DNA of 64,000 bases from Gemmatimonadota bacterium (GTDB lineage Bacteria; Gemmatimonadota; Gemmatimonadetes; Longimicrobiales; RSA9): positions 4,207 to 68,206 of the forward strand of contig JBDLIA010000008.1 of assembly GCA_039715185.1 (NCBI GenBank), in the 5' to 3' direction. Numbering within the stretch: the stretch's first letter is position 1; every line of letters starts with the position of its first letter. Both the position numbers and the translations under genes were made by a program. Below the pieces are notes generated by a model that did not search any database, had not been told where the DNA came from, and saw only the letters and a program-made list of their open reading frames with translations. This document shows, one piece after another, positions 1 through 10,008 of this stretch.

Positions 1-1399
1 CGAAGAGGACATCCGGTTGCGAGGATATCAGATCCGTCACCAGAGCGTCGAACTGGTACCGCTCGGCCGGCCCCATCCGTTCCGGCTCGTTGTAGGCGAA
101 AGGTCGGCATGGCTCGGGGCAGGCGCCATCGTACAAGCCCGCCAGCAGCCAAAGCGAGTGGAAGCGGGACACGTACTCCACGTCCGCAGCGAGCGCGAGC
201 GGGAACGACGAGCGCATCGTGGCGCCGATTGTGAAGAACGACCTGGCTCCGCCGTCTGCCTTGAGAAAATCCGTCATGGGCGTCAGGTAGAACGGGTCGG
301 CTTGGTACGCCGCCCTCCAGCGACTCGTTGTGTTCGCCGCGTTCGCTGCGGCGAGCAGGATGAGGGCGAAGGCGGCCGGCCAGAGCAGCCATACACGGAG
401 CGTTCGGAGCCGATGAGCCCAGCGGACGTCAGACACCTCCGCCAGAGTCTGGTAGCCGGCGAGGAGAAGGAGCCCCTCCGCAGGATACCAGTGATTCGTG
501 AACGACTTCCCCTGCGCGGCGACCGCGCCGATGTAGCCTACCAGCGCGACCAGCAACACGGTGCGCAGTGGCCCGACCGGATATCGCTTCCTGAGGAGGA
601 TGGCGAACAGGACGACGATGTAGGCAGCCAACGCACGTGGATCGAAAAGGATCTCGGCGAGGGAGATCCGAGCGCCGTAGCTCCGATAAAGAGTCGCCCC
701 CCAGCCGGCTACCCGTAGATACGCCGGGGCCCACAGGGCGACCGCAGCGCCATACAGGATCCCTGCCGCCACGACCGCGATGCTTTCCGGCCGAGCCAAG
801 CGCCGGACTCCCAAGCGGACCGCCACCACTCCTTCCACCAGGAGCCAGATCGGCAGGTAGAACGGCTTCAGCCAGAACCCGACCCCGCCGACTGCACCAA
901 CCAGAACGACCAACGGTAGAGGTACGTCGACCCGGGCGAGGCGGGCCGAGGCGAGACAGAGGTACGGGAGGGTGAGCGCCAGGAAGACGTGCTCTCGCTG
1001 GAAGAAATGGTGGTCGACGACGCTGAGGAGGACGAATGCTGACGCCATTAGCAGCAGGTCTCGCCCGCGCGGCCCTATTGGCGGCGCATCGCGAAGGCAC
1101 GCCGCGCAAAGCCAGACGGATCCCGCCGCCATGACCAGTCCCCCCAAGCGGAGGAATATCCCCGCTTGGATACCGGTCCACGTCGAGACTAGTTGGAAGG
1201 GAAGGTTCAACCAGACAATAAGCGGCGGATTGGGCTCGACCCAGTCCACGTACAGAGTGGCACCTTCTACAATGCGGGAGGCGCCGTACAGGTACCAAGA
1301 AACGTCAAAGTTGATGGGCAGCCGGAACTGTGCGACGGCCGCGAAGCCCATCAGACCCACTGTAACGACCGGCCAGAGGGGCCGCCGAACTTCCGGCAT
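1..1399 (-). CDS. Polytopic membrane glycosyltransferase-like protein (GT-C / ArnT-PMT-like), 3' end cut by window edge
   Basis: Absent from the ORF track because it runs off the window. Manual translation from ATG at 1399-1397 gives MPEVRRPLWPVVTVGLMGFAAVAQFRLPINFDVSWYLYGASRIVEGATLYVDWVEPNPPLIVWLN... It stays open to position 1, has many hydrophobic helices and G/C-rich third codon positions. The start lies 2 nt after the stop of the upstream GT2 gene (1402-1404). Confidence 0.55.
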   Translation of the reverse strand, partial: MPEVRRPLWPVVTVGLMGFAAVAQFRLPINFDVSWYLYGASRIVEGATLYVDWVEPNPPLIVWLNLPFQLVSTWTGIQAGIFLRLGGLVMAAGSVWLCAACLRDAPPIGPRGRDLLLMASAFVLLSVVDHHFFQREHVFLALTLPYLCLASARLARVDVPLPLVVLVGAVGGVGFWLKPFYLPIWLLVEGVVAVRLGVRRLARPESIAVVAAGILYGAAVALWAPAYLRVAGWGATLYRSYGARISLAEILFDPRALAAYIVVLFAILLRKRYPVGPLRTVLLVALVGYIGAVAAQGKSFTNHWYPAEGLLLLAGYQTLAEVSDVRWAHRLRTLRVWLLWPAAFALILLAAANAANTTSRWRAAYQADPFYLTPMTDFLKADGGARSFFTIGATMRSSFPLALAADVEYVSRFHSLWLLAGLYDGACPEPCRPFAYNEPERMGPAERYQFDALVTDLISSQPDVLF

Positions 1400-1401
1400 C
1401 C

Positions 1402-2400
1402 TCAGGCGGATGCCGAGGCCCCGGAGCGTGGAGTGATCCCTCGTCCGCTCCAGTGCTCCACTCGATCGATGAAGTGCTCGAAATCCCGTCTCGGTATCAC
1501 CGGCGCCGCGCGACGTCCGCGATGGATGAGAAAGCCGACCACCAGCGCACCCACGTTCAGTTGGGTCAGCAGAATCAACGCCGCCGCCGCGGCCCAGACG
1601 CCACCAGCAGCCCACTCGACCGCCTCGGTGGCCACCGCCACCCAGGCCGCAACGACGAGCACGCCGGCGGCCAAGCTCGCGGCTGCCGCGGCGATGAGAA
1701 GCCTTACGCTGACGATGTCTCCGAACACGGCGATGGCCGCCAGACCGTGGGTGACGAGCCCGACGAACTTCATCTTCGGCGGACCCTTGAGTCGCTTAGC
1801 ACGGGCAATGTCCACGACCGCGACTGGTAGCCGGGTCTGGTAAACCGCCGCGGCGTAGTGACTCCATGCGTCCGGGGAGCAGGTGATCGCTCCCACCGCT
1901 CGTCCTGGCAATACGCTGAAGTTCCCAACGCGGATGGTCCTGCCGGTCAGCAAACGGTGCAGGACCCGATAAAGCCAGTAGAAAGCTTTGAATAGTGAGC
2001 CCTCTGGTCGCTTCGTGCGTCCCGCAAAGACGACCCTGCGACCCGCGTGCCGTTCGAACTCTTCGACCAAGGCAGGAATGTCGGCGGGAGCATCCTGGCC
2101 ATCTCCGTCCATGACGATGACATGTGCGCCAGTCTTCGAGCGCTCGAGATGGCACAGGCCTACGGAAATCGCCCGCTGGTGCCCGAGGTTGCGGCGCAGG
2201 CGGATCACCTCGACCGTCTGCAGTGAGGCTGGCGAAAAGTCGAGCGGCGCGGCGTTCTCACTGGAGCCGTCATCGACGATGAGCGCGGAGCCGGCCCACC
2301 CCCGTGCCGAGAAAGTCGAGTCAACCTCAGCCAGGACGGAGGCCGCGTTGGCCCAGTCGTTGAGGACGGGCATCAGGACGACAAAACGGGGCTCGGTCAT
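1402..2400 (-). CDS. Family 2 glycosyltransferase with C-terminal TM helices (polyprenyl-phosphate sugar synthase, GtrB/ArnC/DPM1-like)
   Basis: 332-aa ORF. N-terminus VVLMPVLNDW...LIVDDGSSE and DGDGQD motifs are typical of GT-A/GT2. Hydrophobic C-terminal segments. Tightly followed by the GT-C-like gene. Confidence 0.8.
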   Translation of the reverse strand: MTEPRFVVLMPVLNDWANAASVLAEVDSTFSARGWAGSALIVDDGSSENAAPLDFSPASLQTVEVIRLRRNLGHQRAISVGLCHLERSKTGAHVIVMDGDGQDAPADIPALVEEFERHAGRRVVFAGRTKRPEGSLFKAFYWLYRVLHRLLTGRTIRVGNFSVLPGRAVGAITCSPDAWSHYAAAVYQTRLPVAVVDIARAKRLKGPPKMKFVGLVTHGLAAIAVFGDIVSVRLLIAAAAASLAAGVLVVAAWVAVATEAVEWAAGGVWAAAAALILLTQLNVGALVVGFLIHRGRRAAPVIPRRDFEHFIDRVEHWSGRGITPRSGASASA

Positions 2401-2734
2401 GTGCTCATCACCGTGCTCGGTTGGACCAGGCCGCAGCTTCGGCCCGTCAAGGCCGTTGTCCCGGGCCCGACTACAGCCTCAGGACGCTTCGACCGTGGCG
2501 CTCTCCCCCCGAAACCGGACCTGGTCTCAACCGACACGGCGGCCAGGACGACCCACCCTCGTCAGCGAGCCGCCCCGGACCGTCCGTCACTGGATGCGGC
2601 ATTCCTAGAGACAAGTCGCGTGCCACCCTCGAGGGTTTTTCCAAAGCGCTTCCGTAAAACAACTTAGCCGACAACGGCCGTCCCGCTGTAAGCCCGGCCG
2701 AAACGGTTTGTTACGCTCGCGATCCTTCGTTTCG

Positions 2735-4096
2735 TTACGACGGTACCGAGATGTCGTACTTCTCTATCAAGCGATTCAGCCGCGGCCGTGAGATTCCGAG
2801 CATGCGCGCCGCGTTGGCCTTGTGGCCCCGCGTCTTGGCGAGAACGCGCTGGATGTGGTAGCGCTCCATCGACTCGAGCGAGGCCTGCGTCGGGTCGTCC
2901 AGGTCAGGAGCGGCGGTCGGTGCCCTGTCCGTCGCGCCGAGGAACAGGTTTTCCCTCGCGATCGCGCCCTGCGCGTGCACCGCCGCCCGCGTCAACGCGT
3001 TCTCCAGCTCGCGGACGTTGCCCGGCCAGTCGTAGGTGACCAGGCGCTCCATCACGTTCTCGGGGATGACCAGCTCGCCCTTGCCCATCTCGGTGGCTAC
3101 CTGGCGCAGGAGGTGGCGGGCCAACTCGGGGATGTCGCCGCGCCGCTCCCTGAGCGGAGGCACCGAGATCTCCATGACGCGCAGCCGGAAGTACAGGTCC
3201 TCGCGGAAATCGCCCTCGGCGACCAGATCCTCCATGGGCCGGTGGGTGGCCGCTATCACCCGCGCCTCGGTCCGGCGGGGCTGCTCCGCGCCGACCGGCT
3301 GGAACTCCTTTTCCTGGAGCACCCGCAGGAGCTTGGCCTGGAAGGCCGGGCTCACGTCGCCCACCTCGTCCAGCAGGATGGTGCCACGGCCCGCCAACTC
3401 GAAGCGCCCCTTGCGGTCCCCTACCGCGCCGGTGAACGCCCCGCGCACGTGCCCGAAGAGCTCGGACTCGAGCAGCGTATCGGGCAGCGCCGTGCAGTTG
3501 ACCGCCATGAACGGCTCGTCAGGCGCCGGGGAGTGCGCGTGTATGGCCCGCGCGATGCGCTCCTTCCCGGTCCCGGTTTCGCCCCGGATGAGCACAGGAG
3601 TCCGCACCGCCGCCAGCTTCCCGATGAGCTTGTAGATCTCGATCATCTTGGGATCGGATCCGACCATCAGGTTGCGCAGGTCCAGCGCCGGGACGGCTTC
3701 CTGCACCGAAGCCGCCTGGCGCCGGTTCCGGCGCTCCCAGAAGCAACGCTCCAGCGCGGCGTCGATACGGTCCAGATCCAGCGGCTTCACCAGGTAGTCG
3801 TAGGCCCCGATCTTCATGGCCTCGACCGCCGTCTGCATGTCCTCGAACGCGGTGATCAGGATGATGTCGGCGGCGTGCTCGCTGTCGATGAGCTTGCGCA
3901 GCAGGTCGAGCCCCGACAGTCCGGGCATGCGGATGTCGGACAGGATCACCTCGGGGTCCGCGTCCGCCAGCATCATCAGCGCCTGCTCGGCGCTGTCCGC
4001 CGCCGCGACCCGGTACCCCTGCCGGCTCAGGTAGCCGGTCAGCGTCTTCCTGTGCGCGTCGTCGTCGTCGACGACCAGGAGCCTGCCATCGCTCAT
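2735..4096 (-). CDS. Sigma-54-dependent two-component response regulator (NtrC family: REC + AAA+ + Fis-type HTH)
   Basis: Start trimmed to MSDGRLLVVDDDD (ATG 4096-4094), which overlaps the kinase stop as ATGA. Motifs: GETGTGKE Walker A, ESELFGHVRGAFTGA (GAFTGA sigma54-contact motif), C-terminal AARMLGISRPRLNRLIEKY HTH. The 108-aa N-terminal extension in the track ORF (to 4420) is Arg/Pro/Gly junk overlapping the kinase. Confidence 0.9.
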   Translation of the reverse strand: MSDGRLLVVDDDDAHRKTLTGYLSRQGYRVAAADSAEQALMMLADADPEVILSDIRMPGLSGLDLLRKLIDSEHAADIILITAFEDMQTAVEAMKIGAYDYLVKPLDLDRIDAALERCFWERRNRRQAASVQEAVPALDLRNLMVGSDPKMIEIYKLIGKLAAVRTPVLIRGETGTGKERIARAIHAHSPAPDEPFMAVNCTALPDTLLESELFGHVRGAFTGAVGDRKGRFELAGRGTILLDEVGDVSPAFQAKLLRVLQEKEFQPVGAEQPRRTEARVIAATHRPMEDLVAEGDFREDLYFRLRVMEISVPPLRERRGDIPELARHLLRQVATEMGKGELVIPENVMERLVTYDWPGNVRELENALTRAAVHAQGAIARENLFLGATDRAPTAAPDLDDPTQASLESMERYHIQRVLAKTRGHKANAARMLGISRPRLNRLIEKYDISVPS

Positions 4097-5847
4097 GGAT
4101 TTCCTCGCACCTGGTCTGCCGGCGCTCCCGCGTCGTCCGGGGAGCTTGGGGGGCGGCGAGCCGACCCGGCCCCGGCGGGTCGCGCGGGGAGTTCCATCAC
4201 GAACTCCGTTCCGCCCAGCATTTCCGAACGGCGGGCCAGGTAGAGCCGGCCGCCGTGCTCTCGCACCGACCTCAGCGCCTGCGAGAGCCCCAGGCCCGTG
4301 CCGCCGTCCTTGGTCGTGTAGAACGGCTGAAAGATGCGCTCGCGCGTTTCGGGAGGGATGCCCGGCCCCTGGTCGGCGACGTGGATCCGCAGCACATCCG
4401 GACTCCTCGCGGAATTCCACGACGTCCTCACCTTCAGCGTACCGCCCTGGGGCGTGGCCTCCATGGCGTTGTAGAGCAGGTTCATCAGCGCGCCCTGCAG
4501 GTCGGCGTGGCGGCCGAGGAGGATACCTTCGCCCAACGTGGACAACTCTGTCTCCAGCATCACCCCTCGTTCGCGCAGCTCGGGACTGAGCACCCTCGTC
4601 GAATCGAGCACCAGCCGGTGCAGCTCCACGTCCGTCGGCTCCTCGGCGGGGGCGTCCGACCGCGCCATCGACAGCACGGACTGGACCACCGTCTCCAGGC
4701 GACTGATTTCCTGCAGGCAGATCGTGACCGGCTCGCCGATCTCGTCCGGCAGACGCCCCTTGCGGACGTCGCGGTCAAGCTCCTGGAGATTCAGCCGGAT
4801 GGAGCTCAGCGGATTGCGGATTTCGTGCGCCAGGTTGGGCGCGAATTCGGCCATCATGGCGAGCGGCCGCGCCACCGAGATCTCCTGCATCAGCTCGCGC
4901 AGGCGCGCGCTCATGTCGCCGAAGGCTAGCGTCAGCCTACCCACCTCGTCGTTCTGCGGGATGGGCAGCCACGGCTGTAGGTCTCCACCGGCCACCTGGT
5001 CGGTTGCGCGGGTCAGCTCGGTCAGAGAGCCCATGACCCTGCGCAAGAGCAGGCTGAAGGCCAGCGCCGTCCCCAACGTGATCAGCACCACCATGAGCAG
5101 GTAAACCAGACGGGCGTCCGCGTAGGGCGCGGTGAACTCGGTGGGCCTGAGCACGCTCGCGACCACCCAGTCGCCCGCCACCAACGGCGCGAACGACCCG
5201 AACCAGCCCTCGCCGCGATCCGCGAAGCGGACGTCCCCGCGGGCGCCCTCCCGCACCGCTCCCGCGAGCCTGGAGCCGGCGGCCGCCTGAAGCCCTTCGC
5301 AACTAGCGTGGCTGAGCAGCTCTCCGGAGGCGCGGTCGGCGATCACCGAGTAGCCCTCCGACCCCAGCCGCATGCGGCGCGCTTCGGCGGGGAAAACGTC
5401 CTCGAAGCGCGCGTAGACGAGGAGCTCGCCGCCGCCCTGGATCCCTCGGCGCAGCGGAATCAGCAGTCGGTGCCCGCCCACGCACGCGTCTAGCGCGGCG
5501 GGCTGCGGTACGGGTAGATCGAGCAGCAGGGCGCCCGTCTCGTCGCGCAACTGAGCGCCTTCCACCCAGGCGTTGGCGGAGACGAGCGAGAGCAGCGCGG
5601 CTTCGGCGGACCCGGCGCTGCCGCCTACGACAGCGGGATCCTGGGCCCACACGGCCACCTCGTCGGCGCGGCGCCCGGCGCCGCGGTCCAGCTCCGCGGC
5701 CAACCGGGCCGCGAGGTTTCGGTTCTCGCCCTCGATCAGGCGAGAAAGCGCGGCGACCGAATCGAAGTAGTCGAAGAACCCGATGGCCAGCAGGGGGACG
5801 ACCGCGAACGTCGCGAAGAGCAACAGGACCTTGCCACGAAGGCTCAT
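4093..5847 (-). CDS. Membrane sensor histidine kinase (periplasmic sensor, HAMP, HisKA, HATPase_c)
   Basis: 584 aa. N-terminal TM (VLLLFATFAVVPLLAIGFF) and a second TM before a HAMP-like segment. H-box NLAHEIRNPL, N-box LYNAMEA, G-boxes DQGPGI and GTGLGL. Confidence 0.9.
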   Translation of the reverse strand: MSLRGKVLLLFATFAVVPLLAIGFFDYFDSVAALSRLIEGENRNLAARLAAELDRGAGRRADEVAVWAQDPAVVGGSAGSAEAALLSLVSANAWVEGAQLRDETGALLLDLPVPQPAALDACVGGHRLLIPLRRGIQGGGELLVYARFEDVFPAEARRMRLGSEGYSVIADRASGELLSHASCEGLQAAAGSRLAGAVREGARGDVRFADRGEGWFGSFAPLVAGDWVVASVLRPTEFTAPYADARLVYLLMVVLITLGTALAFSLLLRRVMGSLTELTRATDQVAGGDLQPWLPIPQNDEVGRLTLAFGDMSARLRELMQEISVARPLAMMAEFAPNLAHEIRNPLSSIRLNLQELDRDVRKGRLPDEIGEPVTICLQEISRLETVVQSVLSMARSDAPAEEPTDVELHRLVLDSTRVLSPELRERGVMLETELSTLGEGILLGRHADLQGALMNLLYNAMEATPQGGTLKVRTSWNSARSPDVLRIHVADQGPGIPPETRERIFQPFYTTKDGGTGLGLSQALRSVREHGGRLYLARRSEMLGGTEFVMELPARPAGAGSARRPPSSPDDAGAPADQVRGNP

Positions 5848-6133
5848 GGGATCGCTATGCTATTGGCGGCCGCGGAACGCGGCAAGACGGGCGGCGCTCC
5901 AGGGCCGCCCGAATTGCCCTTCAGGGCATAACATAGGTGACGAACCGGCGTCTGGTTCGTCCCATCCAGGCATGGTACTTTGAGCGAACTGCTAACAAGA
6001 ATGCTAGCGGGGATGCTCCGTTAATGCCTTTTCTTCCCGGCACGCTCTTCCCCCTGCCGGACAAATCGAGTGTGGCGACGCGCTCGGCGGGACCTCGGTC
6101 CGGCCCCCGGCGTCGCCCTTATAGGCGTCCGAT

Positions 6134-7963
6134 GTGACCCGAATTGGCCACGATTTAGCCTTTCGCGCACTGTTTCAGCGCATGCCGGAGCCCACCTGGG
6201 TGGTGTCCGGTGATGGCCGAGTTGTGGCCGCGAACGAGGCCGCGTGCGCGCTCCTGGGCCGGGCCGAGCAGGATCTGGTGGGGCGTCCGGCGGCCGCTCT
6301 GTTCGCGTCCGCGTCCGATTTCGAGCGGCTGGAGCGGGAGTTGGCCGGCGAGGGCCTGGTCCCGGGTCGCGAAATGCGCCTGCGGGCGGGCTCCAACGGC
6401 TACGTGCAGTGCCTGGTCTCGGCGGCGACCGCGTCCGCGCAGGACACGGCCGAGGGCTACGTCCTCACCGCGCGGGACGTTTCCACGCAGACGCACCGCA
6501 TCCGCAAGCTCCAGCACAACGCGCTGCACGACGGGCTCACCGGCCTGCCGAACCGCAGCCTCTTCCGCGACCGCCTGGAACGCGCGATTCAGAGGGCACA
6601 GCGGAGCGACGAGGACCAGTTCGCGGTGCTGTTCCTGGATCTGGACCGGTTCAAGGTCGTCAACGACAGCCTGGGCCACATGGTGGGCGACGAGTTCCTG
6701 GTGCTGGTGGCGGCGGCGCTCAAGTCCTGCCTGCGCGAGGTCGACACCGTCGCGCGCATGGGCGGCGACGAGTTCGCCATCCTGCTGGACACCGTGGACG
6801 GCGTCGACGACGCCAAGCGCGTTGCCGAACGGATAGGCGAAGTTCTGGAGACGCCGCTCAACCTGCGCGGCCACGAGGTGTTCGCCTCCACGAGCATCGG
6901 CGTCGCGCTCGGCCAGCGGCACTACAAGAACCCCGAGGAGGTGCTGCGGGACGCGGACATCGCCATGTACCGCGCCAAGTCCTTCGGACCCGGACGCTAC
7001 GAGATCTTCGACGAGACCATGCGCGCCGAGGTGGAGGAGCTGCTGCAGACGCAGACCGACCTGTCACGGGCGCTCAAGGAGGAGCAGCTCCTGGTCCACT
7101 ACCAGCCCATCGTCACGCTGTCCACGAATCGGCTGGCGGGGTTCGAGGCGCTGCTGCGCTGGCAGCACCCCAGCCGTGGCCTCCTGTACCCGAAGTCCTT
7201 CCTGTCGCTGGCGGAGGAAACGGGGCTGATCGGGCCTATCGGCTGGTGGCTGTTCGAGGAAGCGTGCAGGCAGCTCGGAGCCTGGCGCCGCGATTATCCG
7301 CGCGATCCGCAGCTCACCCTGAGCATCAACGTGGCGGGGTCTCAGTTGCGAGAACCTGGCGCCGCGGAGCGCATCCGGGACATCCTTGCTAGCAGCGGCC
7401 TGGGGTCCGGCAAGGGAATCACGCTGGACGTCACCGAGCGCGCGATCATGGGCGAGTCGGAGTCGCTGAGCAGCACGCTGCAGACCTTGAAGACTATGGG
7501 GCTGCGGCTGTCGATCGACGATTTCGGCACCGGCTACAGCTCGCTCGGGTACCTGCATCGCTACCCGTTCGACACCGTCAAGATCGATCGCTCCTTCATC
7601 AGGGAGCTCGGCCGCGACGAGAGCGACTCGGGACTGGTCTGGTCGATCGCGGCGCTTGCCCACAACTTGGGTATGGACGTGATCGGCGAGGGGGTAGAGA
7701 CTCCGGGGCAGTTGGAGGAGCTACGGGTGCTCCGGTGCGAGTACGGCCAGGGGAACCTCTTCTCCGGCCCGCTGGAAGGCGAAAAGGCGAGTCGATTCCT
7801 CGCCGATGCGGCAGGGCGATCCGGGTCGGAGGCCCCTACCGGGGATCCGGATCCGGAGGCAGGTGGGGCAGCGACCGCCGCGAGTCAGGGGTCCGCGGAC
7901 CCCGCGAAGCGAGGCCGCTGGGCGGCGAGGTTCGGAGCACGCGGCGGCGGGCGCGGAAAGTAG
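6134..7963 (+). CDS. PAS-GGDEF-EAL c-di-GMP turnover protein
   Basis: 609 aa. PAS-like N-terminus, RMGGDEFAIL (GGDEF), FEALLRW and DDFGTGYSSL (EAL) motifs all intact. Divergent from the kinase/regulator pair. Confidence 0.9.
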   Translation: MTRIGHDLAFRALFQRMPEPTWVVSGDGRVVAANEAACALLGRAEQDLVGRPAAALFASASDFERLERELAGEGLVPGREMRLRAGSNGYVQCLVSAATASAQDTAEGYVLTARDVSTQTHRIRKLQHNALHDGLTGLPNRSLFRDRLERAIQRAQRSDEDQFAVLFLDLDRFKVVNDSLGHMVGDEFLVLVAAALKSCLREVDTVARMGGDEFAILLDTVDGVDDAKRVAERIGEVLETPLNLRGHEVFASTSIGVALGQRHYKNPEEVLRDADIAMYRAKSFGPGRYEIFDETMRAEVEELLQTQTDLSRALKEEQLLVHYQPIVTLSTNRLAGFEALLRWQHPSRGLLYPKSFLSLAEETGLIGPIGWWLFEEACRQLGAWRRDYPRDPQLTLSINVAGSQLREPGAAERIRDILASSGLGSGKGITLDVTERAIMGESESLSSTLQTLKTMGLRLSIDDFGTGYSSLGYLHRYPFDTVKIDRSFIRELGRDESDSGLVWSIAALAHNLGMDVIGEGVETPGQLEELRVLRCEYGQGNLFSGPLEGEKASRFLADAAGRSGSEAPTGDPDPEAGGAATAASQGSADPAKRGRWAARFGARGGGRGK

Positions 7964-8005
7964 ATCGGCGCCCGACAGCGCAGGGGACACGGGAGTGGAG
8001 AGGTC

Positions 8006-8347
8006 GTGATGCGTGTGATCAATGCGGCGGTGGCCGGCTTCGGAAGCGCGGTATACATCCTTCTCCTGGCGGGCGCGATCGTGGGCGCGGCCTGGGCAGC
8101 GTCCTACCTGCGGGACCGGTCCTCGGACCAGATTCGAACGGCGCGCATGGTGGGGCTGGCGGTCCTGGGGATCGCGCTGCTGTCGGCCGCAATGTTCTCG
8201 GGGAGGCGGATTACGATGTTCTTCTTCCTCCTCACCCTCTTCGGGGTCCCCGTCGCGATCGGGATGGCGCCCCGGGGGTACTTCAAGAACCTCATCAAGC
8301 CTGACTCCGGCGGCGCGGAAGACCACCTGGGCGACCGCCTCCGCTAG
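8006..8347 (+). CDS. Small integral membrane protein, hypothetical
   Basis: 113 aa with three hydrophobic segments. Purine-rich GGAGTGGAGAGG upstream of the GTG/ATG start. Function unknown. Confidence 0.5.
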   Translation: MMRVINAAVAGFGSAVYILLLAGAIVGAAWAASYLRDRSSDQIRTARMVGLAVLGIALLSAAMFSGRRITMFFFLLTLFGVPVAIGMAPRGYFKNLIKPDSGGAEDHLGDRLR

Positions 8348-8383
8348 CGTCCTTCCCCGCCAGGCCGCCTCCAGGCTCCCTCT

Positions 8384-9217
8384 GTGGGCCCCGAGCTCTT
8401 TCGGCTGCACGCCCGGATCGAGGGCCGCCACTGGTGGTTCGCGGGCCGCAGGCGCGTCCTGCGCGCTCTGGGCGACGCAGTGCTCCCGGACGGGGGCGGC
8501 GTGGTGGTGGACATCGGCTGCGGCACGGGCGCCAACATCGCGGCGTTCGCCGCGGCCAACGACGCGGTGGGGGTGGACCCCTCCGCGGACGGCGTACGCC
8601 TGGCGCGCGAGCGATTCCCCACGGCCCGCTTCGTGGAGGGGACCGTGCCGGGGGCCGGCGACGACGAGGTTCGGCGCGCGGACCTGGTGCTGCTGACGGA
8701 CGTCATCGAGCACGTGCGCGACGACTTCCTGCTCACGTCCTCGGTGCTGGCCCTCATGGCGCCGGGCAGCCACCTGCTCCTGACCGTGCCCGCCCACCCG
8801 GACCTGTGGAGCGTCCACGACGTGACCTTCGGCCACTACCGCCGCTACACCGCCGATCGCCTGCGCCTGGTATGGCGCGACCTGCACGTCACCGAGCGCC
8901 TGCTCTCGCCCTACAACAGCAGGCTTTTCCCGCTGATCCGGCTCGTGCGGAGGGCGGGCGCCAGGCTGGGGCGCACCACGGGCCGCGAGGGGACCGACCT
9001 GCGCATGCCGCCGGCGCCCGCCAACGCGGCGCTCGCTTCGATCTTCGGCGGCGAGGCACGCGCGCTCCTGGCGGCGCTGAGGGAAGGCGGACCCGCCTAC
9101 CGCGACGGGCTCAGCCTGATCGCGCTCCTGCGCCGCGAGGATGGACCCCTGGAAGCCAGGCGGCGCGGCCCGGACGTGCCCGGCGACGCCCACAACCCGA
9201 ACCCCACCACCGCATGA
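8384..9217 (+). CDS. Class I SAM-dependent methyltransferase
   Basis: 277 aa with VVDIGCGTGAN motif I. Its stop overlaps the next gene's start as ATGA (9214-9217). Confidence 0.8.
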   Translation: MGPELFRLHARIEGRHWWFAGRRRVLRALGDAVLPDGGGVVVDIGCGTGANIAAFAAANDAVGVDPSADGVRLARERFPTARFVEGTVPGAGDDEVRRADLVLLTDVIEHVRDDFLLTSSVLALMAPGSHLLLTVPAHPDLWSVHDVTFGHYRRYTADRLRLVWRDLHVTERLLSPYNSRLFPLIRLVRRAGARLGRTTGREGTDLRMPPAPANAALASIFGGEARALLAALREGGPAYRDGLSLIALLRREDGPLEARRRGPDVPGDAHNPNPTTA

Positions 9218-10008
9218 GCGCACCCAGCGGACGCACTACCCTGGTCATTCCGTGTTTCAACGAGGCGGACCGGCTACCCGTGGCCGACTACCGGGCGTTT
9301 CTGGTGGGCGCCGAAGCGGTGGACTTCCTGTTCGTCGACGACGGCAGCACGGACCGGACCTTCGAGATTCTCCAGCAGATGTCCGACAGCGGGGGCGACC
9401 GCGTCCGCGCCGTGCGCCTTCCGCGCAACCGCGGCAAGGCGGAAGCGGTGCGCACTGGTATCCTGGCGGCGCTGGAGGGCGGGCCCCGCTACGTGGGCTT
9501 CTGGGACGCGGACCTGGCCACCCCCCTGGAGTCGGCGCTGGAGTTCCGCGAAACGCTGGAGCAGAACGACGCGCTGGACTGGGTGCTGGGGAGTCGCGTG
9601 CGGCTGCTCGGCCGACGCATCGACCGCAAGATCCACCGCCACTACGTGGGTCGAGCCATGGCGACCATGTTCTCCGCCTGGCTGCACCTGCCGGTGTACG
9701 ACACGCAGTGCGGCGCCAAGCTCTTCAGGGCATCCGACGAGCTGCGCGAGATCTTCCGGGCTCCCTTCGTCACCGGCTGGCTGTTCGACGTCGAGCTTCT
9801 GGCCCGCCTGATCGGCGTCCGCGGGGACGTCGCCGACGTCCGCCGCAGCGTGATCGAGTATCCGCTGCCGCGCTGGATCGACGTGAAGGGATCCAAGCTG
9901 GGCCTTCGCTCGGTGCTGCCGGTGCTGCGAGACCTGTTGCGACTCAGGATCGCCTACCGCGGCTCGATCGGGCGCGGCGTCGGCCGCCGCCTTCCCCCTA
10001 CTCGGTAA
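9214..10008 (+). CDS. Family 2 glycosyltransferase (dolichyl/polyprenyl-phosphate glycosyltransferase-like)
   Basis: Only the C-terminal 264 aa of track ORF 8434..10008 look real: MSAPSGRTTLVIPCFNEADRL...FLFVDDGSTDRT...WDADLATP. The upstream part of that ORF is an alternate frame of the methyltransferase. Confidence 0.8.
   Translation: MSAPSGRTTLVIPCFNEADRLPVADYRAFLVGAEAVDFLFVDDGSTDRTFEILQQMSDSGGDRVRAVRLPRNRGKAEAVRTGILAALEGGPRYVGFWDADLATPLESALEFRETLEQNDALDWVLGSRVRLLGRRIDRKIHRHYVGRAMATMFSAWLHLPVYDTQCGAKLFRASDELREIFRAPFVTGWLFDVELLARLIGVRGDVADVRRSVIEYPLPRWIDVKGSKLGLRSVLPVLRDLLRLRIAYRGSIGRGVGRRLPPTR

Noticed and set aside
2822-4243. 473-aa plus-strand ORF antisense to the NtrC-type regulator
   Set aside because: Arg/Pro/Gly/Ala-dominated sequence with no motifs. 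It fully overlaps a gene with unambiguous REC/AAA+/HTH motifs. This is a typical high-GC antisense open frame.
7721-9223. 500-aa minus-strand ORF spanning the small membrane protein and methyltransferase genes
   Set aside because: Junk-like Arg/Gly/Pro composition. The opposite strand carries a clear SAM-methyltransferase motif.
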